64,000 bases of DNA from an uncultured Clostridia bacterium (GCA_944389475.1 CALXMM010000005.1:735-64734), one strand, 5' to 3'. Positions 10,968-21,442 are shown, counted from the first letter of the stretch. Program-made: numbers and translations. The notes: generated by a model not told the origin, from the letters alone.

Positions 10968-12410
10968 ATGGTAAGAGATGGTTATGAAGCAGTAATAGGT
11001 CTAGAAGTTCATGCTGAACTTTCTACAAAAACAAAAATCTTTTGTTCATGCCCTACAACTTTTGGTGCTGAGCCAAATACACATACATGTCCAATTTGTA
11101 TGGGAATGCCAGGAACACTTCCTGTACTAAATGAAAAGGTAGTAGAATATGCAGTAAAAGCAGGACTTGCAACAAATTGTGAAATAGAAAGAAATAGTAA
11201 AAATGATAGAAAAAATTATTTCTATCCTGATTTACCAAAAGCTTATCAAATTTCTCAATATGATAAACCTTTATGCAAACATGGATATGTAGAAATAGAA
11301 GATGATGATGGAAATAAAAAGAAGGTTAGACTTTTAAGAATACATATAGAAGAGGATGCAGGTAAATTGAATCATGATGAATTTGCCGGTGGTTCATTAG
11401 TAGATTTAAACAGAGCTGGAGTTCCATTAATAGAGATGGTATCTGAGCCAGATTTACGTTCTAGTGGTGAAGTTGATAGATATTTAAAGAAATTAAAATC
11501 AATATTACAATATATAGAAGTTTCAGACTGTAAGATGGAAGAGGGTTCATTAAGAGCAGATGTAAACGTTTCTGTAAGAAAAGTTGGAGATCCAAAACTT
11601 GGAACAAGAACAGAAATGAAAAATATGAACTCATTTAAATCAATTACAAGAGCCATTGATTATGAAATTACAAGACAAATTGATGTGCTAGAAGATGGTG
11701 GAACAATAGAGCAAGAATCTTTAAGATGGGATGAAGTATCTGGAAAGACATTTCCTATGAGAGATAAGGAAGATGCAGATGATTATAGATATTTCCCAGA
11801 CCCAGATTTAGTAGCTATTAAACTATCTGATGAATATATAGAAAATATTAGAAAGAATTTACCAGAACTTCCAGAAAGCAGAAAGGAAAGATATATTAAT
11901 GAATATCATCTTTCAGAAAAAGATGCTCATATTTTAACAAGCTCTAAATATTTATCTGATTTATTCGAAGAGGCAAGCGAAGTTTGTGGAAATAGAAAAG
12001 CAGTTAATAACTGGATAATTTCTGATATTTCTAGAATCTTAAATGAAAAAGAAATGGAACCAGAGCATATTCCATTTACAGCAGAGCATTTAGGACATTT
12101 AGTTCAATTAATAGATAAGGGAACAATAAGTTCAAGCATTGGTAAAAAGGTAATAGAGGAATTATTCGAAAATCCAAAAGAACCAGAAGAAATAATAAAA
12201 GAAAAAGGATGGATTCAAATTTCTGATGAAGGTGCAATAAAAGAAGTTGTACTAAAAGTTCTAGAAGAAAATCCAAATTCTGTAGCAGATTATAAAGCAG
12301 GAAAGGAAAGAGCAATAGGTTTCTTAGTTGGACAAGCTATGAAAGCAACAAAAGGAAAAGCAAATCCACAAATGCTAAATAAAATGCTAAAAGAAGAATT
12401 GAGCAAATAA
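10968..12410 (+). CDS. gatB: Asp/Glu-tRNA amidotransferase subunit B
   Basis: GatB N-terminus YEAVIGLEVHAELSTKTKIFCSC, and a C-terminal YqeY-like tail. Confidence 0.95.
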   Translation: MVRDGYEAVIGLEVHAELSTKTKIFCSCPTTFGAEPNTHTCPICMGMPGTLPVLNEKVVEYAVKAGLATNCEIERNSKNDRKNYFYPDLPKAYQISQYDKPLCKHGYVEIEDDDGNKKKVRLLRIHIEEDAGKLNHDEFAGGSLVDLNRAGVPLIEMVSEPDLRSSGEVDRYLKKLKSILQYIEVSDCKMEEGSLRADVNVSVRKVGDPKLGTRTEMKNMNSFKSITRAIDYEITRQIDVLEDGGTIEQESLRWDEVSGKTFPMRDKEDADDYRYFPDPDLVAIKLSDEYIENIRKNLPELPESRKERYINEYHLSEKDAHILTSSKYLSDLFEEASEVCGNRKAVNNWIISDISRILNEKEMEPEHIPFTAEHLGHLVQLIDKGTISSSIGKKVIEELFENPKEPEEIIKEKGWIQISDEGAIKEVVLKVLEENPNSVADYKAGKERAIGFLVGQAMKATKGKANPQMLNKMLKEELSK

Positions 12411-12476
12411 GAAATTTGATTTGCTATATCTAAAAAAATTAGTTTGCAATTAGCAGGAACATAAGTAATAAAACTT

Positions 12477-12506
12477 AAGGCGATATGTATTTACATACCG
12501 CCTTTT
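12477..12506. terminator. Terminator hairpin between convergent genes
   Basis: AAGGCGATATGTA / ACATACCGCCTT hairpin followed by a T-run, between gatB (+) and the small membrane ORF (-). Confidence 0.5.
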
Positions 12507-12510
12507 AAAT

Positions 12511-12735
12511 TTATTGTATATCTTCTTTTATTTTAGTAAATGCATAGCCTCCAAATAGGAAACAAAAGAAATATGTAGTTCCCGCCTGAAACAATAGTAC
12601 ACCAATACTGTATATAAGAGGGTGTAAATAAAAATAATTACAATATATTAAAGTTAAAATTGATGCTAATAAAATAAAAGAAGAAAATACAAGTCCATAA
12701 TTCATAACTTTTTTAACTGAATTATCTAATTTCAT
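12511..12735 (-). CDS. Small membrane protein (74 aa, two predicted TM helices)
   Basis: A hydrophobic ORF with no overlap with other genes. Confidence 0.45.
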   Translation of the reverse strand: MKLDNSVKKVMNYGLVFSSFILLASILTLIYCNYFYLHPLIYSIGVLLFQAGTTYFFCFLFGGYAFTKIKEDIQ

Positions 12736-12909
12736 AATACATCACCTTCAATAATAAAAGGATAACATAAAGTAGACATAAAAACAAATGAAATGTTTAC
12801 CAATGAACTTTAGGGACGGACCTTAAAGTTCAAAATTTATGTCAACACCTAAAATCATCTATTTACTTTTGTCGAAAAATGATATATTATAGAAAATGGA
12901 GGGATACAT

Positions 12910-13164
12910 ATGGAATATAGATATAAACCTGAAGGAGTTTGTTCAAAAGAAATGATTTTTGATATAGAAGATGGAATTATTAAATCATTAAAAATAGTAG
13001 GAGGATGTCCAGGAAATACTCAAGGAGTTTCTAGACTTGTAGAAGGAATGAAGATAGAAGATGTTATAAAAACATTAAAAGGAATACAATGTGGTAATAA
13101 AGGGACATCATGTCCTGACCAATTATCTATAGCGTTGGAGAAATATCTTAAAGAAATTGCATAA
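12910..13164 (+). CDS. TSCPD-domain small protein
   Basis: GTSCPDQL motif and the GGCPGNTQG pattern of the short TSCPD family. GGAGGG RBS upstream. Confidence 0.75.
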   Translation: MEYRYKPEGVCSKEMIFDIEDGIIKSLKIVGGCPGNTQGVSRLVEGMKIEDVIKTLKGIQCGNKGTSCPDQLSIALEKYLKEIA

Positions 13165-13253
13165 TTTAATATTTAGAAAATTAGATTCTTCTAGTTATTA
13201 GGAGAATTTTTATTTATTATATTAATTAAAACCAAAGCATGATTTAATTTTGG

Positions 13254-13289
13254 CAAAAAAAGAAGACTTCTATTAAAAATAGAGTCTTC
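13254..13289 (-). terminator. rpsT terminator candidate
   Basis: GAAGACTTCTATT / AATAGAGTCTTC hairpin with an A-run on the + strand, which is a T-run on the - strand. Confidence 0.5.
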
Positions 13290-13328
13290 AAATAAAAACT
13301 ATGCATAATTTTTATTATAGTTATGTAA

Positions 13329-13595
13329 CTAAGCTTTTGCTGCATTTAATTTTTTAGCTAATTGAGATTTTTTTCTAGCTGCTGTATTTTTTACAATAAC
13401 ACCTTTAGCGCAAGCTTGGTCTATTTTCTTTGTTGCGAAAGACATTAATTTTGTAGCTTCTTCCATATTTTTAGAATCTATAGCAGCTTCTGCTTTTTTT
13501 ATAGCTGTTTTGTATCCAGATTTTATACTATTATTTCTCATAGTTTTTTTCTTGATAACATCAACTCTTTTTTTAGCTGATTTAATATTTGGCAT
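13329..13595 (-). CDS. rpsT: 30S ribosomal protein S20
   Basis: MPNIKSAKKRV.. N-terminus and a basic 88-aa sequence typical of S20. Confidence 0.95.
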   Translation of the reverse strand: MPNIKSAKKRVDVIKKKTMRNNSIKSGYKTAIKKAEAAIDSKNMEEATKLMSFATKKIDQACAKGVIVKNTAARKKSQLAKKLNAAKA

Positions 13596-13909
13596 TCAAA
13601 AACACCTCCTTGTAAATTAATGAATTTATTAATAAAGTAGAAGAGTATCAACTCTTTACTTTAATGTACGCATTGAATATTTTACCATGAAATACTAAAT
13701 TTAGCAAGTATTTTATCAATATTTGCCCAAAAAGTCATAAATTTATTGGTTATTTATCTTTTGTTGAGGCAAATTAGAGCTAATTGACTTCAATTGACTT
13801 TAAGTATAAGATATAAAAAATAGATATACAAAAGGTAGTGTAAAGTAATCTATGAAAAAATAGAATATGAAAACATTAGCAAAAAAGTACAAAAGAGAAG
13901 GGGATTATT

Positions 13910-15259
13910 ATGAATAAAAAAAGTATAAATCGTTATATTGCAATATTGAATGTTTTTACAATAATAGCATTATTAATCTTAAATTTTTCAATTGATTCTA
14001 TATTATCCACTATGATGGTAAGTAGCGAAAGTACTACAGCTAAATGTATGTATAATAATGGATTAATTGATTTTTTTGTTAATAATGTTCAAATAATAAT
14101 GATTGTAGTATATGCGGGAGTAGGAATAATTAATATTATTTCTTCTATACAGAATAGAAAAAACAAAAAAATATTCTTTTGGCAATTAGTTTTTGGAATA
14201 TGCGAAATTGTTACTGGTTTGTCAATAAGTGTATTCATGAATAATGAAGACATTATTGACTGGATAAATAAAATTTTATTTGGAATAGTTCCAATAATAT
14301 TAGCAATAATTAATATAGTTTTAATAAAAAGAAACAAACCTAGATTGGTGCAAGTTATATCATATGTTGTTGTAATTATTCTTTCAATTCTTATTTTCTT
14401 AGATATTATTGGAGAACATTGGGATATAATTGCAATAATAATGCAGTTCATATATATACATTCTCAAGAAAAAAATATTGATGAATCCCGTGCAAAAAAA
14501 ATTGTTAATATAATTTTATATTATGTATTGCAAACGATATTGGTTATAGGATTTTTGGTGATAACACTTATTTCATTAATAGTAACAAAAGTAAATGATA
14601 CAAAATGGAATAATCAATTATCTGAATTATTTACTAATTTTACTACATTACCTGAGGCAACAAACGAAGAATTATATATTCCAGTAGAAAATAATTATAA
14701 ATATGGATTTATTAATCAAAATGGAGAAGAAAAAATATCTTGTCAATATGATAGAGTATCTTTCTTTTTTGAAATTGAATTTAATAATTCTAAATATTAT
14801 GTAGCACTTGCTAAAAAAGATAACAAGTATTATCTAATTTCTAAAAGTAATGATAGCATACCAATTGAGAATTATTTAAATGATAAATTGCAAATAATGT
14901 ATAACTGGATAGAAACTAATTTTACTAAAGGTTTCAATGAAGAAGAAAACGATAGGCTCGCTTATTTGTCTTCTTATGAGAATCTTTTTGCTTCATTTAC
15001 TAAGGTAGGAGGAATCGCACTATCTAGACAATCATTGGATACTATAAAGGAACAAAATAGTATAACTTTAACAAATAATAACGATACATATTATTTTAGT
15101 AGCAATAACTATTCTATGAATATAGAACCAAGAGATGATAATTATAATAAAATGGTTTTATTGGATAAAGATTTAAATATTATTTCAAAAGAATATGACA
15201 AGATAATTACAACTACACAAGTAGATATATCTGCTCCATTTAGTTCTTATAAAGACTAA
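13910..15259 (+). CDS. Polytopic membrane protein with a C-terminal WG/KWG-like repeat region
   Basis: About 7 hydrophobic helices in the first 230 aa, then a YKYGFINQNGEEKISCQYD-type repeat. Confidence 0.5.
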   Translation: MNKKSINRYIAILNVFTIIALLILNFSIDSILSTMMVSSESTTAKCMYNNGLIDFFVNNVQIIMIVVYAGVGIINIISSIQNRKNKKIFFWQLVFGICEIVTGLSISVFMNNEDIIDWINKILFGIVPIILAIINIVLIKRNKPRLVQVISYVVVIILSILIFLDIIGEHWDIIAIIMQFIYIHSQEKNIDESRAKKIVNIILYYVLQTILVIGFLVITLISLIVTKVNDTKWNNQLSELFTNFTTLPEATNEELYIPVENNYKYGFINQNGEEKISCQYDRVSFFFEIEFNNSKYYVALAKKDNKYYLISKSNDSIPIENYLNDKLQIMYNWIETNFTKGFNEEENDRLAYLSSYENLFASFTKVGGIALSRQSLDTIKEQNSITLTNNNDTYYFSSNNYSMNIEPRDDNYNKMVLLDKDLNIISKEYDKIITTTQVDISAPFSSYKD

Positions 15260-15338
15260 ACAAGCCCATCTATTTATTGATGAAACCCTAGAAAAAATAA
15301 GAAATCCTTAAGCATTAAACTTAAGGATTTCTAAAATT

Positions 15339-16724
15339 TTAATTATTTCCAAAGATAATTTCTATATTTTTTATTTTATCAAGAGATAAAGTGTTATCAA
15401 AATCAATTGTTAATACTGTTTGACCAACATTATTTTTACTAGTTGTAACTCCAGGTTCGTAGTAATAATAGTAATTTAAATTTTTATTCTCTGGAATTTG
15501 TATATTATCATCATATCTATTTAAACGTATAGTATAATCAGGTACATTTAAAGAAGTATTATCATTTAAAACTATTTCTAAACTAGTAGATGTAACTTTA
15601 TATGAGAATATCATAGAAATATTGCTTGTGTTATCAACAACTGGTACGAAATTCTTAGTTGTATCATCATATACTAATAAAAGTCGTAAATCACTAATAT
15701 ATTTTGGTACAGAAGATGAGATTGTTAAATTATTATCCAAAACAAAGTTTGTAGAATCCGGTGTTACATTTTCGGATTTTGTATTCTTTATGAGGTCAGT
15801 TCTTTTATTACCAAATAAAACAATCTTTTCATTTTTTTCTTCTTTTACAGTTGTATTAGCATATTTTTCTATATTGATTGTAACTATACTATTTTCATAA
15901 GTATAATTGAATTTATAGTAATCCCATTTTAAATTATCTTCTATAGTGCTTTTGAAATTAGCATCTTTATTAGAAATGCTAATAGATTGACCATCAAAAG
16001 AATAATTTACAACTACATTTTCACTTCTTAAACTGGCTATATTAATTATATATTCAACATCATATTTATCTATAAATCCTTTATTAGTCATTTTTTGAGC
16101 ATAATTACTTAAATATTCTAAGTTTGGAGTTTTAGTTGTATTACTTGTATGATTTGAAATATAAGTATTTATATATGTTGTTCCAACTAATAATGTTGGA
16201 ATATTAATTGCATAAATTATTATTGCAAAAATAATTAATAAAATAGTTCTTTTTATTTTGCTTTTCTTATTTAAATTATTATTTAAAAGTACAGATCCTA
16301 TCAAAATTAAAGGAATTATAATTGTACCTAAAATATAAATAGTAATTAAAAATAGATTATTTAAAGATGCTGACAAAACAAAGTTAAAAACAATACAAAT
16401 AGCAATTAAAATAGCTAAAATAATTAATAAAATAATAGGTCTTAATAATTTTTTATTGCTAAAATCCAATATTATTAATTTTATATATCTCGTTAAAATA
16501 TAACATGCTACAAAAAATAGTATTAATAGTGATAATGGATATAATAATATTGCAACAATTGATTGTAGACTAGTAAATCCAGTAAATAATACTATTAAAG
16601 GAGTAGAAAAAATAGAGAAGACCACATGTTTATAGAATAGTACTCCTAAAATAATACATGACAAAATATAAATTATTGGTGTTAGATGTTTCTTAAAAAA
16701 ATTTTTAATCGCCAAAAGCTTCAC
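15339..16724 (-). CDS. Membrane protein of unknown function (461 aa)
   Basis: A long ORF with a multi-TM N-terminal half and an extracellular-looking Asn/Thr-rich C-terminal half. Confidence 0.5.
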   Translation of the reverse strand: MKLLAIKNFFKKHLTPIIYILSCIILGVLFYKHVVFSIFSTPLIVLFTGFTSLQSIVAILLYPLSLLILFFVACYILTRYIKLIILDFSNKKLLRPIILLIILAILIAICIVFNFVLSASLNNLFLITIYILGTIIIPLILIGSVLLNNNLNKKSKIKRTILLIIFAIIIYAINIPTLLVGTTYINTYISNHTSNTTKTPNLEYLSNYAQKMTNKGFIDKYDVEYIINIASLRSENVVVNYSFDGQSISISNKDANFKSTIEDNLKWDYYKFNYTYENSIVTINIEKYANTTVKEEKNEKIVLFGNKRTDLIKNTKSENVTPDSTNFVLDNNLTISSSVPKYISDLRLLLVYDDTTKNFVPVVDNTSNISMIFSYKVTSTSLEIVLNDNTSLNVPDYTIRLNRYDDNIQIPENKNLNYYYYYEPGVTTSKNNVGQTVLTIDFDNTLSLDKIKNIEIIFGNN

Positions 16725-17955
16725 CTCCTATAACTTTACCTAATTTATTATCTATGTAAACAGTTACTCCATTTCCTATTTCATCTTCTCGAGAGAAACA
16801 GTATGCTGTTACTTCATTTGGTAAAACAGAATCAGTTTCGTTAGATTTTCTGGTAAAAAAGTTGTTAGGATGAACATTTTGAATTTTGCAAGTTTGCGAA
16901 TTTTTATCATAGCTACCAGCAATACGAGAAGCTTCATCAAATGCAGTATTAGCAATTTCTTTAGCTTGGTCTTCGGTTATCGAACTGGATGAATTAGTAT
17001 ATTCGTTAGAAAAAGAGTCAAAATCTTTTACAAAAATGTTTTCATCCAAATTATCTACTTGTTCATCATAAGTTCTTCTAGATTCATCTAAACTTGCTTG
17101 TTGGTCAACTGTAGATAAATCAGTATTATATATACAATCTGTATTTACTATTTTGCTTACAACTAATAAATGAGCAATATATTGGGCACCATAAGAATTA
17201 GGAACATCTTCATATGTATACCTTATATTTCCAACACTTACTTTAACAGTAATTTTAGGAACCATTGATGCTGTTAAGATTACGTCATAATCATTAAAGA
17301 TATCTTCGGTAATTTGGTCATCAAAAGCTAAATGACACATTTCTTGATATCTCTCATAGGTTTTCATATCTTGTATTTTTACTTGATAAATTTTATAATT
17401 AATATTTTTAAATTGTTGGGTATATTTATAATCTAAAATAAATTGATTTTTAGATATATATTCTTTATAATCTAAAGAATAGGACTTTTGCCCAACTGTT
17501 AGTTTTTTATCTAATTCTTTTTTTATTTTGTTTACATTTTTTAAATCTGTAGAACATATTTTTCCACCTGTATCTGATAGTTTAACCATTTCATCTTTTA
17601 ATGTATTACCAAAAGGAATGATATAGTTTTTACTTGCAGTTTCATAGTCAAATTCTAGGAATGTTTCATTATGGATATTATCGATAGTGTCTTGCGATAC
17701 AACATCTCCATCATTTGTATAGTTCTTTAATGTATTGCCAACTAAATTAATTAACTCATTATATTCATTAGATTTTTTTAAAAACTCATAATATTGATTA
17801 TTTGAATTTTTATAAACAATTCTATCTGGAAGAATAATTTCATCACCCAAAATTACTTCTGTTTTATTGTTCATAACATAGGGAACTAGAAATAAAGCAA
17901 CAATTAAAATAATAGCTATTATAATTAATAGCAAAACAATAAATACTTTTTTCAT
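16705..17955 (-). CDS. Secreted or membrane-anchored protein of unknown function (416 aa)
   Basis: N-terminal signal/anchor MKKVFIVLLLIIIAIILIVALFLV. It overlaps the downstream ORF by 20 nt, consistent with an operon. Confidence 0.5.
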   Translation of the reverse strand: MKKVFIVLLLIIIAIILIVALFLVPYVMNNKTEVILGDEIILPDRIVYKNSNNQYYEFLKKSNEYNELINLVGNTLKNYTNDGDVVSQDTIDNIHNETFLEFDYETASKNYIIPFGNTLKDEMVKLSDTGGKICSTDLKNVNKIKKELDKKLTVGQKSYSLDYKEYISKNQFILDYKYTQQFKNINYKIYQVKIQDMKTYERYQEMCHLAFDDQITEDIFNDYDVILTASMVPKITVKVSVGNIRYTYEDVPNSYGAQYIAHLLVVSKIVNTDCIYNTDLSTVDQQASLDESRRTYDEQVDNLDENIFVKDFDSFSNEYTNSSSSITEDQAKEIANTAFDEASRIAGSYDKNSQTCKIQNVHPNNFFTRKSNETDSVLPNEVTAYCFSREDEIGNGVTVYIDNKLGKVIGGEAFGD

Positions 17956-18160
17956 AACATCACCTTTATATACTTTTAATTAATAAAATTATTTTCAATA
18001 ATTATACATTATATGAGTTGTATATACAATGAAAAACCGACTTTTTAAAGCAATTTTATTGTATTATAAAAAATCTTGTGTTATAGTTAAAAAGAATGGA
18101 GATAGTATAAAATAAACTGAAAAACATTATTTCGAAAATGAAAATATAGGAGGTCTTTAA

Positions 18161-18607
18161 ATGATAGCAATAGGTGCTGATCATGGAGGATATAGATTAA
18201 AGGAAGAGATAAAAAAATACTTTGATGAAAATAATATAGAATATAAAGATTATGGAACATATTCAGAAGAAAGAACAGATTATCCAATTTATGCAAAAAA
18301 AGTTGCAGAAGCAATGGTTAATGGAACTGCAGACAAAGGAATATTAATTTGCAGATCCGGATATGGAATGACTGTAGTAGCTAATAAATTTAAAGGAGTA
18401 AGAGCTGCAAGTGTAACAAGTGTACAATATGCAAAAGCAGCAAAGGCAGATGATGACATAAATTTAATAACTTTATCAGGTGATAATACAAAAATAGAAG
18501 ATGCAATAAATATGATAAATGCATGGATTCAAACCGAATTTAAAGGTGGAAGATATAAAGAAAGGTTGGACATGCTAGAAAAAATTGAAAATGAAAATAT
18601 GAAATAA
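18161..18607 (+). CDS. rpiB: Ribose-5-phosphate isomerase B
   Basis: IAIGADHGGYRLKEEI and ILICRSGYGMTVVANK motifs of the RpiB/LacAB family. Confidence 0.9.
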   Translation: MIAIGADHGGYRLKEEIKKYFDENNIEYKDYGTYSEERTDYPIYAKKVAEAMVNGTADKGILICRSGYGMTVVANKFKGVRAASVTSVQYAKAAKADDDINLITLSGDNTKIEDAINMINAWIQTEFKGGRYKERLDMLEKIENENMK

Positions 18608-18619
18608 AGAGGTGTAAAT

Positions 18620-19867
18620 ATGTGGGGAGATATAGCAATAGCCTTTTTATTGGCTTTTATAACTGCATTTATGATGACACCATATTCTATAAAAATAGCT
18701 AAAAAAGTAGGAGCAGTTGATGTACCAAAAGACAATAGAAGAATGCATCATAAGTCAATACCAAGACTGGGTGGAGTTGCAGTAATTGCAGGTTTTGTTG
18801 TTTCATTTATATATTTAATTATTACATTATCAATAGAAGACCCATCAAAACTAAATTTATTTGGTGTAGAGCAGTATGGAAAGAAAATACTTGGTTTCTT
18901 TGTAGGTGTAATTATATTAGGAATTACATGTTTTATAGATGATGTAAAAACAATAAATCCATTAGCAAAATTATTTGGACAAGTATTGGCTGCATTAGCA
19001 GTTGTACTTTCTGGGATTAGAATAATAGAAGTAGTGCCACTATTTCAATCTGCAACACTTAACGAAGCAACTTCTATAGTCTTAACAATTATTTGGATAA
19101 TAGTAATTACTAATTCTATAAATTTAATGGATGGATTGGATGGACTATCCTCAGGAATTACAATGATTTCTTGCATATCATTGTTAATAATATTCTCACT
19201 TAATAATTCACCATTAATTGCAATTATAATGATTACAGCTTTAGCTGGAGCATTATGTGGATTCCTACCATTTAATTTTAATCCAGCCAAAACATTTATA
19301 GGTGATACCGGTTCTAATTTTTTAGGATTTACATTGTCAGTGGTTTCAATTTTGGGAGTTGCTAAAACATATACAGCGGTGGTTATTATTTTACCAGTTA
19401 TAGTTCTTGGACTTCCAATATTTGATACAGTGTGTGCAATATTAAGAAGATTGCATAAAGGAAAATCTCTTAAAGCAATATTCCAAGCAGATAAAGGACA
19501 TTTACATCACAGATTAGTTAGAAAAGGGTTTTCACAAAAACAAGCGGTATATATTTTGTATGGCATAAGTGCTTCATTTGGAATGTTTGCAGTTATATTA
19601 TTCGAAAGTGGAATAATGAAAGCAATTTCTTTTGCACTCATGGTAATTGCAGTAATTGCCTTAGGATATAGAAGTTTTTCTAGTTTAAGAGGTGAAGAAG
19701 GAACTATGTATGAATGCTCAAATTGTAAATATATTTATAATCCAAAAGTTGGAAATGAAACAGCCGGAATAGACCCAAACACAGAATTTTATGATTTGCC
19801 AGAGGATTGGAAATGTCCCGTTTGCGGAGAAAGAAAAGATATGTTTACACCATATGAAGAAAAATAA
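18620..19867 (+). CDS. MraY/WecA/TagO-family polyprenyl-phosphate GlcNAc-1-phosphate transferase fused in frame to a C-terminal rubredoxin domain
   Basis: A multi-TM body with NSINLMDGLDGL and GDTGSNFLGF motifs. Residues from 363 onward (nt 19706-19867) read MYECSNCKYIYNP..WKCPVCGERKDMF, a complete rubredoxin with CxxC and CPxCG. No stop codon separates the two parts. Confidence 0.85.
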   Translation: MWGDIAIAFLLAFITAFMMTPYSIKIAKKVGAVDVPKDNRRMHHKSIPRLGGVAVIAGFVVSFIYLIITLSIEDPSKLNLFGVEQYGKKILGFFVGVIILGITCFIDDVKTINPLAKLFGQVLAALAVVLSGIRIIEVVPLFQSATLNEATSIVLTIIWIIVITNSINLMDGLDGLSSGITMISCISLLIIFSLNNSPLIAIIMITALAGALCGFLPFNFNPAKTFIGDTGSNFLGFTLSVVSILGVAKTYTAVVIILPVIVLGLPIFDTVCAILRRLHKGKSLKAIFQADKGHLHHRLVRKGFSQKQAVYILYGISASFGMFAVILFESGIMKAISFALMVIAVIALGYRSFSSLRGEEGTMYECSNCKYIYNPKVGNETAGIDPNTEFYDLPEDWKCPVCGERKDMFTPYEEK

Positions 19868-19961
19868 AATATTATATTGCTAAAATAAAATAATAATAAT
19901 ATAATTAGGAAAAGCAAATTACCTAAATAAGGTAGATAAAAAAATTAAAGAGGTGATAAAT

Positions 19962-20117
19962 ATGTACGTTTGTTTAGCTTGTGGATATGTATATGATCCA
20001 GAAAAAGGAGATCCGGATGCAGGAATAGCTCCAGGAACAGCTTTCGAAGATATTCCAGATGATTGGGTATGCCCAATTTGTGGAGTTGGAAAAGACATGT
20101 TCCAAAAACAAGATTAA
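19962..20117 (+). CDS. Rubredoxin (51 aa, below the ORF-track cutoff)
   Basis: Translation is [62 protein letters not shown] lies upstream. CxxCG and CPxCG motifs are present. Confidence 0.9.
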   Translation: MYVCLACGYVYDPEKGDPDAGIAPGTAFEDIPDDWVCPICGVGKDMFQKQD

Positions 20118-20182
20118 TTAGTAATATGTAAATCAAATCTATGATGTGGTTTTAGTGTAAAATTTAAATTAAACTAAAGAAG

Positions 20183-20219
20183 TAATCTGTTGAGAGCATT
20201 AGTTATCAACAGATTATTT
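20183..20219 (+). terminator. Terminator candidate after rubredoxin
   Basis: TAATCTGTTGA / TCAACAGATTA hairpin followed by TTTA. Confidence 0.5.
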
Positions 20220-20282
20220 ATATGTAAAATAAATAAAACAGGGATTTTAAGGATTGTTTATAAATCCCTATAAGGAGATAGT

Positions 20283-21164
20283 ATGGAAAAGGATAATATA
20301 GAAAAATTTTTAGCATATAATGGAAGAATAGCTATAACTTGTGCAAATACTTCTTATTTAGTAGAAGAAGCCAGAAAGGTTCACGATTTAAGTCCTGTTG
20401 CAACAGCAGCATTGGGAAGATTACTAACAATGGGAGTAATAATGGCAAGTGATTTAAAATCAGAAAAAGATAATATTACTCTACAAATAAAAGGCGGAGG
20501 ACCAATAGGCAAAATGGTCGCTGTTGTAAACAAAAATTTGCAAATTAAAGGAACAGTAGATAATCCACAAGTAGATGCACCATTAAATGAATTTGGAAAA
20601 TTAGATGTTGGTGGTGTAGTTGGACAAAATGGATATTTGAATGTAATTAAAGACATTGGTTTAAAAGAGCCATATATTGGAGTTGTCCCAATTTCATCTG
20701 GAGAAATTGCAGAAGATTTTGCAAGATATTTTACAGAATCAGAGCAAGTAAGGTCAGCTGTTGCTTTAGGAGTATTGGTTGATAAAAATGGTGTTAAAGA
20801 TGCTGGTGGCTATTTGTTAACAGCTATGCCTGATGCAACAGAAGAAGATATTACAAAAATAGAAAAAAGCATATTTGCAGCAGGAGCAATGTCAAAAATG
20901 TTAGAAGATAATTTATCACTTTTTGATATTGCAAAAAAAGTTACTGGAGATAAACAGGTAAAAGTAATTGAAAAGGATATGCATCCAGAATATAAATGCG
21001 ATTGTAGTAAAGAGAAGATTGAAAGAGCATTAAAAGCATTGGACAAAAATGAATTAAACAAAATTATAGAAGAAGATGGAAAAGCAGAGATAATTTGCCA
21101 TTTTTGTAATAAAAAATATCAATTTTCTAAAGAAGAATTATTAGATTTAGTAAATAAAAAATAA
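20283..21164 (+). CDS. hslO: Redox-regulated chaperone Hsp33
   Basis: Hsp33 length and sequence, with the C-terminal zinc switch CDCSKEK...CHFCNKKY. Confidence 0.9.
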   Translation: MEKDNIEKFLAYNGRIAITCANTSYLVEEARKVHDLSPVATAALGRLLTMGVIMASDLKSEKDNITLQIKGGGPIGKMVAVVNKNLQIKGTVDNPQVDAPLNEFGKLDVGGVVGQNGYLNVIKDIGLKEPYIGVVPISSGEIAEDFARYFTESEQVRSAVALGVLVDKNGVKDAGGYLLTAMPDATEEDITKIEKSIFAAGAMSKMLEDNLSLFDIAKKVTGDKQVKVIEKDMHPEYKCDCSKEKIERALKALDKNELNKIIEEDGKAEIICHFCNKKYQFSKEELLDLVNKK

Positions 21165-21196
21165 TATTATGGATATAATATTAATAGGTGATTATT

Positions 21197-21442
21197 ATGA
21201 AGATATCTTATATTAAGTCAATTCATGATAATAGTAGTTTTAATTTCTTTAAAAATATTGGAATGAAAGGTGTAGAGTTAAAAGACCTAGAAAATGTGGA
21301 TAAGGTTTTAAATAGTTTAATAGATCAAAATTATACAACATTTTTTATAACAAATGAAGTTGCTGGTTATTCACAAGATCTATTTAAAAAATATTATAAT
21401 TCTAAGGATATTAATATAATAATCGCCAAAACAAAACATTAG
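21197..21442 (+). CDS. Small protein, weakly V-type ATPase subunit F-like
   Basis: An 81-aa ORF with an RBS before the ATG at 21197. The pattern MKISYI..FFKNIGMKGVEL..FFITNEVA resembles the ATP_synt_F family. No other V-ATPase genes are nearby. Confidence 0.3.
   Translation: MKISYIKSIHDNSSFNFFKNIGMKGVELKDLENVDKVLNSLIDQNYTTFFITNEVAGYSQDLFKKYYNSKDINIIIAKTKH

Noticed and set aside
19945-20136. 63-aa minus-strand ORF
   Set aside because: It is antisense to a textbook rubredoxin gene (19962..20117, +) that has an RBS and all four Cys ligands. The minus ORF has no RBS and a low-complexity sequence.
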